In this document: one piece after another, positions 17,261 through 26,616 of the stretch
Layout: every line of letters begins with the position of its first letter
Numbering within the stretch: position 1 is the first letter of the stretch
Assembly (NCBI GenBank): GCA_027002875.1
Contig: JALWZC010000058.1
Coordinates: 1 to 63,357 of the forward strand
Source: Desulfurococcales archaeon
Lineage (GTDB): Archaea; Thermoproteota; Thermoprotei_A; Sulfolobales; Desulfurococcaceae
DNA length: 63,357 nt
Reading direction: 5' to 3'
Notes under the pieces: model-generated
Told to the model about the DNA's origin: nothing
Seen by the model: the letters and a program-made list of their open reading frames with translations, nothing else
Database searches by the model: none
Position numbers and translations under genes: made by a program

Positions 17261-17372
17261 TTAGTGATAGGTTTTTCCAGGATTGTGTAAAATATTTATT
17301 GTGTAATTTAATTGATTAGGTATTATTGACTAATATTAACTAGCGCCTAGTGTAGCTGAAGGTTGTCGGGGG

Positions 17373-18098
17373 TTGCTTGAGAGGGTTAGAGAATTCGTAA
17401 TTGCTCTGGGCCCGTTGTATTTGAGGGTTTTAATTGGTAGTGTAGTTTTGATGTTAATAGGCTTGTTAATGTTTAGTATAGGATATTATGTTCTTGGTAA
17501 TGGTATAATGTTAATACCTGGTAGACAGTATAGTTATAGCAACTATATTAGTAGTATCGAATATGTTGTTAGTGATGTTAAGACTTTCTCGATAACCCTT
17601 ACCACTACGCCGGAGGTTATAGATGAATTTGAATTAAAAACAGCTGGTTACCTATCAATCGAAATATCCGGGCCCGAGCCCGATATAGCTGTCCAATTCG
17701 ATATTACTGATTCATCCCACAACCTCATCTATTCTATAACTGTTCGTAACGGGGAACGTGTTTCTCTACCAATATACTCTCCGGGAACCTATAGGGTTAC
17801 CGCAAGGCTTGCATCAACACAGTATCTCTACATGAGTAATGTAAACGTCAAAATAGAAGTTTTCTCGATGAGGGAGGCTTCATCGATCATTATTGCCCGG
17901 TGGTTCCAGCTTATAGGACTTACATTAATAGGTATAGGGTTCCTCATACTCTTATTCTCATATAGGATCGCTGTTAAAACGGCTGAAGCCGAATACTATA
18001 TTCCGCCGAAGGAGTTAAGGGAGGAAATCGCTAGTGAGAGCTATATAAGGATATTTACTCCAAGAATACTTGGAGAGGAGGAAGAGGAAGAAGAATAG
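17373..18098 (+). CDS. Membrane protein with acidic C-terminal tail
   Basis: Two TM helices flank a ~130-aa beta-rich domain. The protein ends in GEEEEEEE. Confidence 0.5.
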   Translation: MLERVREFVIALGPLYLRVLIGSVVLMLIGLLMFSIGYYVLGNGIMLIPGRQYSYSNYISSIEYVVSDVKTFSITLTTTPEVIDEFELKTAGYLSIEISGPEPDIAVQFDITDSSHNLIYSITVRNGERVSLPIYSPGTYRVTARLASTQYLYMSNVNVKIEVFSMREASSIIIARWFQLIGLTLIGIGFLILLFSYRIAVKTAEAEYYIPPKELREEIASESYIRIFTPRILGEEEEEEE

Positions 18099-18099
18099 A

Positions 18100-19485
18100 A
18101 TGGTATTAATGGAGAATACACGGTTTGAAGCGATTGATAAAGCATCGGATAATAGAACAATACTATACCATGTATTCCTAAGAGCGAAGAAGGATTATAA
18201 AGCGTTTAAACGGGTTATTGAAAACTATTATCGGGGCTGGCCTATAAGGATCGAACAAGTTTCGGCGGGCAGGGATCTAGACGATATCGTTTCTAAGGTA
18301 TCCTCGAGTAGTAGCCCAAACCAATACAACTTCCTATTACTAGGATGGAAGGATTTACCGGGTACTAGGAAACCCTTCTTTATTAGAAGACCCGACACTT
18401 TACTCTACGTAATCAGTAAGGGTAGGATTAGGAATACACGTTTAGAAGAACTCTCATGGGAGTTTGAGAAAGCTAGGGCTTTCCAGAGGAACTGTATAGA
18501 GTACAATGATGGTGTTTACCGGTTATTCGGCCCTACAAGTTGCTTGTTTAAACCAGAACCCTTCCATGATGTCTACCTTCTACATGTTACAAGCCTTGCA
18601 TCCGGGAAACTCGGGCTTGATAAAGGAGTATATGTCGTTGTTAGGGGCCTCGACGGGAAACAGTACTTCCTCGGCAATGACGGCTTTCAAGGATATATAC
18701 AGTTTTTGGAAGAGTACTTGGAGCCGAGGTATCATGGGGGCTCTAAGCCCACGCCAGTAGACCCCATTGAATTACTTAAAGCTAATATCGACGCTATTAA
18801 AGCCGAGGAATCTATTGTAGCTGGATGGCTTCAACGTGTTGGTAAGGGTTTTGATAAGGTTATTGTCCCGTGGAGTGGTGGTAAGGATAGTACTACGGTA
18901 CTCTATCTTGCACTACAAGTCTTCGGCAATGATAAGGTTCATGGTGTTTACGCCCAACTAGATACTGATCTTCCGGGTATGGGGGAATTCATAGATCATG
19001 CCTCGGAGAAGCTGGGCTTGAAGAATCTATTGAAGATACCGGTAAAGATCCATGATCTCGTTTTAAAGATGGGGCTTCCAAGACATGATTATCGTTGGTG
19101 TACTGGCTTGAAAGTCGAAGCTTTAGAGAATACTTATATGAAAATCTGTGGTAGGGGGGAGAAATGCTTAATTATTAGCGGTGATAGGGATGTTGAATCT
19201 GAGAAGCGTAGTAGTAGGCCGCCGATACAGGTGATTAATGAAAATATTGTTAGAGTTACGCCTTTAAAGCAGTGGTCTACCCTCCTACTCCAATTATACA
19301 TGTATTATCGGGGAATACCCGTAAACCCATACTATGAAGCTGGTTTTTATAGGCTTGGATGCTTTATGTGTCCATCGCTGAGGAACTGGGAGATATTCTT
19401 AATGTTAAGGGATCCGCGCTTCAAAACCGTAAGAACCGATCCGGTGTTTAAGTCTTTTCTAGAATCTAGGATGAAACGGGTTTAG
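18100..19485 (+). CDS. PAPS-reductase-family PP-loop protein with ~250-aa N-terminal extension
   Basis: Track ORF is 18070..19485; ATG at 18100 follows the upstream stop directly. PP-loop VPWSGGKDSTTVLYLAL and C-terminal YRLGCFMCPS (R-x-G-C-x-x-C). Confidence 0.7.
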   Translation: MVLMENTRFEAIDKASDNRTILYHVFLRAKKDYKAFKRVIENYYRGWPIRIEQVSAGRDLDDIVSKVSSSSSPNQYNFLLLGWKDLPGTRKPFFIRRPDTLLYVISKGRIRNTRLEELSWEFEKARAFQRNCIEYNDGVYRLFGPTSCLFKPEPFHDVYLLHVTSLASGKLGLDKGVYVVVRGLDGKQYFLGNDGFQGYIQFLEEYLEPRYHGGSKPTPVDPIELLKANIDAIKAEESIVAGWLQRVGKGFDKVIVPWSGGKDSTTVLYLALQVFGNDKVHGVYAQLDTDLPGMGEFIDHASEKLGLKNLLKIPVKIHDLVLKMGLPRHDYRWCTGLKVEALENTYMKICGRGEKCLIISGDRDVESEKRSSRPPIQVINENIVRVTPLKQWSTLLLQLYMYYRGIPVNPYYEAGFYRLGCFMCPSLRNWEIFLMLRDPRFKTVRTDPVFKSFLESRMKRV

Positions 19486-20495
19486 AAGTAGTATTGGGCT
19501 TGTAGTAAGGCTTCTAGTATCTCGTTTATATCCGGATTTTTAGGTAGCTTGATTATTGCAAGGTTTGGATGCCCCGCTATATCCAGTGCTAACCCGTTCC
19601 CCATAAAGTATTTTGCTACACGGAAAGCCGTCCCCCTTGGAGCCTTGACTATTAACAACGTGTACTCCTTACTCGTATCTACCAGGAGTGCTACTGGTGC
19701 TTTTAGGATAGCATGTATTTTCGATGCTAGAGCTGTACCACCCCTATATTTCCATTTATTCCTCGCATCTATGAATCTGAAGCTACCGACTTTCCGTGCT
19801 CCCATTGCTAGGTCTAGTGCTAGTTGTTTTACTTCTTCATCCCTCTTATCCACTACTTCCTTAAGCTTCCTAATGATTTTTTCATCCATTGGCGTCGCTA
19901 AGGGTGTTGGTGAGGCTAGCCAATCAACAATCCTCAGCCAGATCTTCTCATCCCTAACAACGTTGAAGGCTTTTGAGAAAAGGGATGCTATCTCGAATAG
20001 CTTCATGTATTTATCCGGCACTCTCCTACCAGTATCCATGTATCCCACTACTTCTACGAAGGCTTTAAGCCTCTCAGTAATCCTTATACCCCTCTCCTCT
20101 AGTATATCATGGAGTATTAACGCTGTGGGTTTGCGGCGGTCTATTATTAGTTCATCCACGATTTCCTCGAGCTTCTTCGCGTTCGTCTGGGTTGAGAGGT
20201 GGTGGTCTACATACATGATCTTCTTTACGCCGAAGTGGTGTTTCAGCATCCAAAGTATCCTGGGAACAGTTTCCGTGTATGGTACGTCTAGCAGTATAAC
20301 CATGTCGTAGGGTATCCTTATATCGCTTAGTATAAACTTCAACCTCTCTGGATCAACTGGTTTCTTATCTAGGAAAACCCTCCCCTTTATAGGGTATTCT
20401 CCAAGCTTCTCCTGTGAATAGACTATTAAGGCCGTCGATACTAGTCCATCAGCATCCCAGTCTCCACCTACAAATACCCTCGGCAGCTTCGGCAT
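19482..20495 (-). CDS. DHH-family phosphoesterase (RecJ/NrnA-like)
   Basis: Motif I VGGDWDADG, motif II ILLDVP, motif III YVDHHLS, and a degenerate DHHA1 motif DIAGHPNLA. Confidence 0.7.
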   Translation of the reverse strand: MPKLPRVFVGGDWDADGLVSTALIVYSQEKLGEYPIKGRVFLDKKPVDPERLKFILSDIRIPYDMVILLDVPYTETVPRILWMLKHHFGVKKIMYVDHHLSTQTNAKKLEEIVDELIIDRRKPTALILHDILEERGIRITERLKAFVEVVGYMDTGRRVPDKYMKLFEIASLFSKAFNVVRDEKIWLRIVDWLASPTPLATPMDEKIIRKLKEVVDKRDEEVKQLALDLAMGARKVGSFRFIDARNKWKYRGGTALASKIHAILKAPVALLVDTSKEYTLLIVKAPRGTAFRVAKYFMGNGLALDIAGHPNLAIIKLPKNPDINEILEALLQAQYYF

Positions 20496-20514
20496 CGCTT
20501 ACAACCCTGTTCCC

Positions 20515-21036
20515 CTATCCTTGTTTCTCTCCCTGCTCCTCTCCCACTGGTTTTAATTGATGTTTCTTCTTATACTCTTTAGCTACCGATATAAGTGCTC
20601 CTCCTAGGTTAAAGGCTATTAGTATGTAGAATAATTGGAGTAGTAGGGGAGAGGCATCTAGGATTATTTTCGCGTTGTATTTTGGCAGGTATTTCTCTAT
20701 TTTGCCGAATCTTATACTGTATAATATAATGTAGAGTGCTGTGATATGTATCGCGGCATCCGCTAGTGAGCTGTAGGGTAGGTAGGCTTTACTTAGCTGT
20801 AGGAGTGTGTAGAGTCCTATAAACCATGCTAGTACACTGATGTTTACTGGTGTAAACCCGGTTAACCCTGCAGTGTCAAATCCTTTCAGCCCTGTTGAGT
20901 TTGCTATGTACGGTATTACATAGTATACTATGAACCCTATGAGTAGTACGTAGTAGATTATATAGTATACTACTCCTTTACCAATACCTTTTGCTAGCTC
21001 TATTTTTAACGATTTACTCTTCTTTTCTTGGTTCAT
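20515..21036 (-). CDS. Polytopic membrane protein (about 4 TM)
   Basis: 173 aa with four long hydrophobic segments and a charged C-terminal tail. Confidence 0.5.
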   Translation of the reverse strand: MNQEKKSKSLKIELAKGIGKGVVYYIIYYVLLIGFIVYYVIPYIANSTGLKGFDTAGLTGFTPVNISVLAWFIGLYTLLQLSKAYLPYSSLADAAIHITALYIILYSIRFGKIEKYLPKYNAKIILDASPLLLQLFYILIAFNLGGALISVAKEYKKKHQLKPVGEEQGEKQG

Positions 21037-21039
21037 TGT

Positions 21040-21804
21040 TTATCCCCCCTGTTTTCCTAGGTTGTATTTTTCTATTTGTAGCCCATTGATGTCGAATACC
21101 ACGTATTCCGTGTTTTGTATTATACTATTATCCACGGTTAACTCACAAACATACGGTTTACTCGGTGATGATGAGTAATTCATTAAAACCTTACTATACA
21201 GCTCCATTCCGTCCCTTGAAACCATTGTTATTCTTACTGGTGCGTCTATTACTATGTTCGAGTATATGATACAATATATTCTCGAAGTATTACCTATTCT
21301 GTTAATCCTAATATCGCGTATGTATAGGTCTATGTAGTTTCCGAATGTTGTTATGTTTAGTAATGTTGTTGTTTGGGTAAAGGATACTAGGTTTGTATTA
21401 ACATGTATAAGCATCACAATTTCTTCATTGAGTATATCCTTTGTTAAGGGAAACTCAATGCTAACCGGATAATTTATCAAATCCTTAGACATGTTTTTGA
21501 ATACTATGTGTGCTAGCGATTTATTCATCAATAATAGATCGATAATGGGACCTGCTGCGCTGGATTTCTTCGTCCACGTAATATTCAGCTCGATCAACGC
21601 TTTAAAGAATACTTGCTTTCCCATCCTCGTGATTGTAATATTCTTTGGACGATAACTTATCCTAGCAGAGGATAGGGAGTTTATCATGGGTATGAATTGA
21701 TTATTGAAATCCCTAACCATTTCGAAGAGTATGTATAAACCCGCTATGTAGAGTACAACGCCTATAATGATAATAGATGAATAAATAACTCTACTATAAG
21801 CCAT
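21040..21804 (-). CDS. N-terminally anchored extracytoplasmic protein
   Basis: One N-terminal TM helix (IYSSIIIIGVVLYIAGLYILF) followed by a beta-rich, N-x-S/T-rich domain. Confidence 0.5.
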   Translation of the reverse strand: MAYSRVIYSSIIIIGVVLYIAGLYILFEMVRDFNNQFIPMINSLSSARISYRPKNITITRMGKQVFFKALIELNITWTKKSSAAGPIIDLLLMNKSLAHIVFKNMSKDLINYPVSIEFPLTKDILNEEIVMLIHVNTNLVSFTQTTTLLNITTFGNYIDLYIRDIRINRIGNTSRIYCIIYSNIVIDAPVRITMVSRDGMELYSKVLMNYSSSPSKPYVCELTVDNSIIQNTEYVVFDINGLQIEKYNLGKQGG

Positions 21805-21918
21805 AGCTTCACCATCTACGTCTATATATCTGGATTCTAAGTTTAGATAATACGTGAGTGTAATAAGTAGTTTTTCATAAATCTGTACACGTTTAAAAAT
21901 GTGTATATTTAATGGGGA

Positions 21919-23127
21919 TTGATAATATTGTCTAGAGAACTCGGTGGTTTAGATAGAGTAATTACAAATATTATCGCGACTACTTCATCAAACACTTTAA
22001 CTAGTATGGATAATGATCTAGGAGCTTTTACACTTCAAGATTTTACGGAAGAATTGGAGATTAGTGGGGGTAAGGCGGGACTCACAGTTATTAACGGGTT
22101 TGATAAAGGCGATTTATCAGGTGTCATGGGGGTTGATAGTAGTAGTAGGTTTATAGATACACCATACTTCTTCCTAGGAATCGGTAGTGTTTCAGTATAT
22201 AACCGAGTTTTAAGAACCGGTTTTGACTGTCCGGATATTTACGGGGTAATATATGGGTCCCGAAGAAGTGGATGTGAGTGGCTGCTGGTTATTGGGAATG
22301 GTTTAGATAAGGATGGGCGGTTTCTAGAGCAAGTAGTGACTCGTAACCCTGCAGGATACCCCTATACTGCTGGGTATAATCGTTTAATGGCTTTAAACGA
22401 GTTAAGGCTAAGGCTTGAATCATATGCTTTAAACCATATAGTTGATGATTATGGGAGGATTATACTTGTCGACGGCCCCATTTACCATATACCATCGATC
22501 TTCTCTGTTTATCTGAGGGTAGATAGGTATAAAAGTGAATCACTTAGGAAATACTATGAATCATGGAGGATCCTCTTACGAGAGAGAATCAATGCTTTAA
22601 ACAAGTTAGTAGGAAAGGGGTTTAGGATACTTGGTATTGTAAAAAGACTCGAATATTCAACAATTCTCTCCCGTATTGATCCATTAAATATTCTAAGAAG
22701 AAATGCACGGATCAATGATTACACGTACTTGTCAATAGTAGCTAATAATATAGCTGGTAAAGGAGGAGCTAAACCCTTCATCCTAGGCTCCTTCAAATAC
22801 CATAACAAGGAGATTATAGGTGAACTCCCGGAGAGGATCGGGTACTATGTAGGGCTTCCGCGGAGAAGAGAGGCTAGAAATAGTAGCAACTACGTCTTTT
22901 ACAGAGCTGAGCTTCTCGAAAATGATCCGGAGCTGTTAAACATTGTTTTAACTGATAGTCTCGGCAGCGGGGCATTACTGCCGTTAACCATCCTACTAGT
23001 CGATAGTAGGGCTAAAAAATTATCTGGCGGTTTAAGGAACTATTTATTGAGGCTTATTGAGAATAAGGGTATACCGTTAACATACGATATGATGCGTTCT
23101 ATCGAGGGACTATATAGTGGATGGTAG
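21919..23127 (+). CDS. nurA: NurA-like 5'-3' nuclease
   Basis: NurA-type acidic motifs VMGVDSSSRF and ILVDGPIYH, plus LGIVKRLEYS and LLVDSRAKKL. The gene overlaps the downstream HerA-like gene by 11 nt. Confidence 0.6.
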   Translation: MIILSRELGGLDRVITNIIATTSSNTLTSMDNDLGAFTLQDFTEELEISGGKAGLTVINGFDKGDLSGVMGVDSSSRFIDTPYFFLGIGSVSVYNRVLRTGFDCPDIYGVIYGSRRSGCEWLLVIGNGLDKDGRFLEQVVTRNPAGYPYTAGYNRLMALNELRLRLESYALNHIVDDYGRIILVDGPIYHIPSIFSVYLRVDRYKSESLRKYYESWRILLRERINALNKLVGKGFRILGIVKRLEYSTILSRIDPLNILRRNARINDYTYLSIVANNIAGKGGAKPFILGSFKYHNKEIIGELPERIGYYVGLPRRREARNSSNYVFYRAELLENDPELLNIVLTDSLGSGALLPLTILLVDSRAKKLSGGLRNYLLRLIENKGIPLTYDMMRSIEGLYSGW

Positions 23128-25183
23128 AGAACTTATCAGCAGCTTAGAGGAGAAGGCTAGGAAGGCTAGGGAGATCGCTGAAGAATACGGAGAAATCATT
23201 GGATGGGTTTCTAGGACAAGCCCCTCCATAATAAGTGAGGAGGGAGGTATTGTAGTATTCGACATCGACCCAGAGATTTATTTCGGCTTTTTCGAAGAAC
23301 TGGGTAGTGCTGGTAGCTATTTAGCGGTAGTCGATATAAAATCGCTGAATATTGTAAGTTTGAGGATTATCAGTGTAGAGCGTAGAGATATATTAGCCGA
23401 GCTAGACCTTCCAGACCTAAGTGTTTCATCGCCGGGAAAAGACCTCTACGGATTATTAACTAGGACAAGGGTGAAAGCTAAGCCCCTACTATCCTATGAT
23501 CCCTTTAATGACGTTGTAAGTATCGCTAATTACGTAATCGAGCCCCAATCCCCAGTCATTAGGCCTCTCAACGAGAAGGTTATCCAGAAAATACTTGGAC
23601 TACCAACTAGCGGCGTATTCATCGGTTATCCAACTGTTGGAGATAAGCCTATCTTCGATCTGAAAGCACACTTATTCGTCCCCCTAAAAGCCTATTATCA
23701 ACACATGATCGTTTTAGGCACAACAGGTTCAGGTAAAACAACCCTTCTAAAAAACATGATCTCCTCGTTAGCTAGTGGTTATAAGCTTAGTGATAATAAG
23801 ATATCCCTCGTAGTAATGGATCCTAATAGGGACTATGTGACTCTTCCCTTAAAGCCTCACTACGAGTTTAGTGAGGGTTTGGATGTAGAGTTAGAGGAGA
23901 AAATGATCAATAATATTAAGGGTAGAGTTGATAAGCCCAACGGCTTAGTCTTGATTATTCCTATAACTAGCATGGTGTTGGAGAGACTAGATGTTAAGGA
24001 TACTAGTTGGGCTAAGGCTTTAATGGATATAGCCGATGAATATTTTGAATCAACCTATAAATCGATCGCTGAGAAAATGGGGTGGAAAACAAGCATTATT
24101 GATAAACACGTGTATGAGGAGCCTGGCGATAACGATGGGAAGCCTCTGAGGTTTGTTGATTACAAGGTAAGCATAGTTTACGAGGATAATTCTAGGGATA
24201 TAGTAGAGTTATTCCTAATACCCTACGGTTTCAGGTTTAACGAGCTAAGTGTTAGGGAGTTTATATCGCTGAATCCCTATTTTACTCGGAACGCTAAGGA
24301 TAGCTTGTCTCGTTTATTGAACTATTTGAATAGTAGGGGTGTAGTTATTGAATCACTGCAGGAGCTATATGATGCTCTTAGAGAAGCAAGGTATAGGATC
24401 GATGAGCGGCGCGGACAGAAGCAGAATAAGCCTAGTATTACTAATCCAAGGATTAATCTAATTGTTGATTTGATCAAAGAACTCGCGGTTCATAAGTCAA
24501 CGCTTGAAAATATGATGAGACAGATCGGTTCACTCATAGACACGGGCCTCTTCGACCTCGAGATCCCCGGAGGTAGGGGGCCTGATAAGTATTTACGTGA
24601 GCCGCCGATCAACTCGATCCTTGAGAAGCACTTTTCATTATTTAAGGGTTATCCTATAGTGGTAGACCTCGAGTATCTGCAGGAGAATACCTTTACTGAT
24701 CCCGAGAAAGTGATTAGTATAGCTGCCTTCCGCATACTCAACAATATTTTCCACTGGAAGCTTGAAAGGACTAGGATGAGGATTACTAGTCAGCCAGTCC
24801 TTATCTTGATTGATGAAGCCCATAGGTTCTTCCCTTCTAGGGGTGGTGGTAGGGAGGAGTATATCGAGCATATTTCCAGCATGATTGATCGTATTGCTAG
24901 GCTTGGACGCGCTCGGAGGCTGGGGTTAATATTCTCCACGCACTCTCCACGCGATGTACATGATATAATACTGCAGCTTGCCAATACTAAGATTATACTC
25001 CGTATGGATAAGAGCCAGGTTAGCAGCTTGGATATCCCCTCGGAGTATAGGGAGCTTGTTTTGAGAGCTGGTGATCGCGTAGGAGTTGTTAAGAGTCATA
25101 CATTAAGGATTGGCTACATGTCTTTTAGAACCCCCCTACCCCTAGCTGGTCATTATGACTTATCAGCTCTCAGCTTTCCCTAA
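23117..25183 (+). CDS. herA: HerA-like (DUF87) hexameric ATPase/translocase, long form
   Basis: Walker A VLGTTGSGKTTLL, Walker B PVLILIDEAHRF, and the HerA C-terminal block GLIFSTHSPRDVHDIILQLANTKIILRM. About 330 aa separate the Walker motifs. Confidence 0.75.
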   Translation: MDGRELISSLEEKARKAREIAEEYGEIIGWVSRTSPSIISEEGGIVVFDIDPEIYFGFFEELGSAGSYLAVVDIKSLNIVSLRIISVERRDILAELDLPDLSVSSPGKDLYGLLTRTRVKAKPLLSYDPFNDVVSIANYVIEPQSPVIRPLNEKVIQKILGLPTSGVFIGYPTVGDKPIFDLKAHLFVPLKAYYQHMIVLGTTGSGKTTLLKNMISSLASGYKLSDNKISLVVMDPNRDYVTLPLKPHYEFSEGLDVELEEKMINNIKGRVDKPNGLVLIIPITSMVLERLDVKDTSWAKALMDIADEYFESTYKSIAEKMGWKTSIIDKHVYEEPGDNDGKPLRFVDYKVSIVYEDNSRDIVELFLIPYGFRFNELSVREFISLNPYFTRNAKDSLSRLLNYLNSRGVVIESLQELYDALREARYRIDERRGQKQNKPSITNPRINLIVDLIKELAVHKSTLENMMRQIGSLIDTGLFDLEIPGGRGPDKYLREPPINSILEKHFSLFKGYPIVVDLEYLQENTFTDPEKVISIAAFRILNNIFHWKLERTRMRITSQPVLILIDEAHRFFPSRGGGREEYIEHISSMIDRIARLGRARRLGLIFSTHSPRDVHDIILQLANTKIILRMDKSQVSSLDIPSEYRELVLRAGDRVGVVKSHTLRIGYMSFRTPLPLAGHYDLSALSFP

Positions 25184-25762
25184 CCCCTTGTAGACATGTA
25201 TTATCCTCTGTATTAACGTTACAAGCGATAGTATGAGTAACGTGTAGACAATGATCAAGGATAGTAGGAATGAGAACTTGTATGCTACGGCTGCAATTAT
25301 TAACATTAATATTCTCTCTGCTCTTTCAATTAATCCTACTCCCTCCATCTTGACGCCTAGCGATTCGCCACGAGACCTTGTATAGCTTATGAGGAAGGAT
25401 ACTATTATCAATGATACCACTAGTTCGTCCTGGAATTCTAGGTATTTGAAGGAATATATTAAGAACGCATCATTTATTCGATCAGTGGTTGAATCTAGGA
25501 ATGCTCCGAACCTTGATGTTTTCCCAGTTAAGCGGGCTACTGCACCATCTAGTGCATCCATTAAGCCCATTAATCCTATGAAGACTATGTAGAGTATTAT
25601 CGACTTATACTGGTAGATCGAGTATAATGCTAGGAATCCGAATATTAGTGATGAGAGCGTTATAGTATTAGGGCTTACTCCTATTGACGCTAGCGCCGAG
25701 GCTAACGGTCTGAATAATAATGCGAATATCTTCCTAAACCTTGTTAGCAACTCTTCATGCAC
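25163..25762 (-). CDS. CDP-alcohol phosphatidyltransferase
   Basis: DALDGAVARLTGKTSRFGAFLDSTTDRINDA equals the D-G-x2-A-R-x8-G-x3-D-x3-D signature. Multiple TM helices. Confidence 0.8.
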   Translation of the reverse strand: MHEELLTRFRKIFALLFRPLASALASIGVSPNTITLSSLIFGFLALYSIYQYKSIILYIVFIGLMGLMDALDGAVARLTGKTSRFGAFLDSTTDRINDAFLIYSFKYLEFQDELVVSLIIVSFLISYTRSRGESLGVKMEGVGLIERAERILMLIIAAVAYKFSFLLSLIIVYTLLILSLVTLIQRIIHVYKGLGKAES

Positions 25763-26592
25763 AACTCCTTCATTAATAATGCATCGTGTTCCAATACGGG
25801 GCTTTCACTAATGAAGACCCCTATTACGCCAGTATTACATAGTGCTTTACAGATTATTTCATAGTCCGGTCCGTATGGTTCGGTTAGAGTATGGTGTTTT
25901 ATCTCACCACCATTTCCGTATTCTATTTTTGAGAAATGCATGTGGAGTGGTTTAACATATTTTGATCCGAGATTTGACTCGATGTAATCTATTACTTTTA
26001 AAACGTCATCAATATTTTTCGGGAACAATCCGTGATTTCTAGCATATAAATGTGCCCAGTCTATTATAGGCCTAGCCTTATTGATCCTTGATGACATTTC
26101 TACAACCTCTTCTAAACTACCAATTTGTTTAACTTTACCGGAAACCTCCGGTCCAAGCCATACGTTCTTCTCCTCTGCAATCACCGATGCTTTCTCTAAG
26201 TTCTCCACAATCATCATTAGGGCCTCCCGTCTGGATTGGTGCCCGGTAGTATAGCCAGGGTGAAATACGACGAGCCATGCACCCATCCAGCTCGCTGCGT
26301 TTATTGAATGTATTATCCTGTTAATGCTTCTCGAAACAACGTCTCTTCGAGGACTTGCAAGATTGATATAATAGGGAGCGTGTAGGCTTAACTTAACATT
26401 ATATCTTCTCGCTTCTATACCCAAAAGCTCGGCTTTTTCTTTATCGATCCTTACCCCCCTTACGGCTTCGTATTCTATTGCTTCAAGACCCATAGATTTC
26501 AAGAATGCGGGTGCTTTCATTATGGGTTGACTTTTTAATGCTAGAGGTTTTCCAGCTGTACCATAAATAAACTTCTTCAAGAAAACCAGCAC
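25744..26592 (-). CDS. AP endonuclease family 2 (endonuclease IV-like) TIM-barrel protein
   Basis: Metal-ligand blocks occur in Endo IV order: LHAPYYINLA, VVFHPGY, LGPE, IDWAHL, LHMHFS, FISE. Confidence 0.6.
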   Translation of the reverse strand: MLVFLKKFIYGTAGKPLALKSQPIMKAPAFLKSMGLEAIEYEAVRGVRIDKEKAELLGIEARRYNVKLSLHAPYYINLASPRRDVVSRSINRIIHSINAASWMGAWLVVFHPGYTTGHQSRREALMMIVENLEKASVIAEEKNVWLGPEVSGKVKQIGSLEEVVEMSSRINKARPIIDWAHLYARNHGLFPKNIDDVLKVIDYIESNLGSKYVKPLHMHFSKIEYGNGGEIKHHTLTEPYGPDYEIICKALCNTGVIGVFISESPVLEHDALLMKELCMKSC

Positions 26593-26616
26593 CCCTCGAG
26601 GTTTGTCTAGAGGATT

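Noticed and set aside
19549-20310. Long antisense ORFs inside real genes. Examples: 19549..20310, 55911..56447, 58850..59323, 6843..7196, 35724..36110, 28680..29021 and 14752..15069.
   Set aside because: Each is fully nested opposite a gene with clear family motifs and has low-complexity Ser/Leu/Phe-rich content. This is typical of the stop-poor antisense of Glu/Lys-rich codons, and no independent signals support them.
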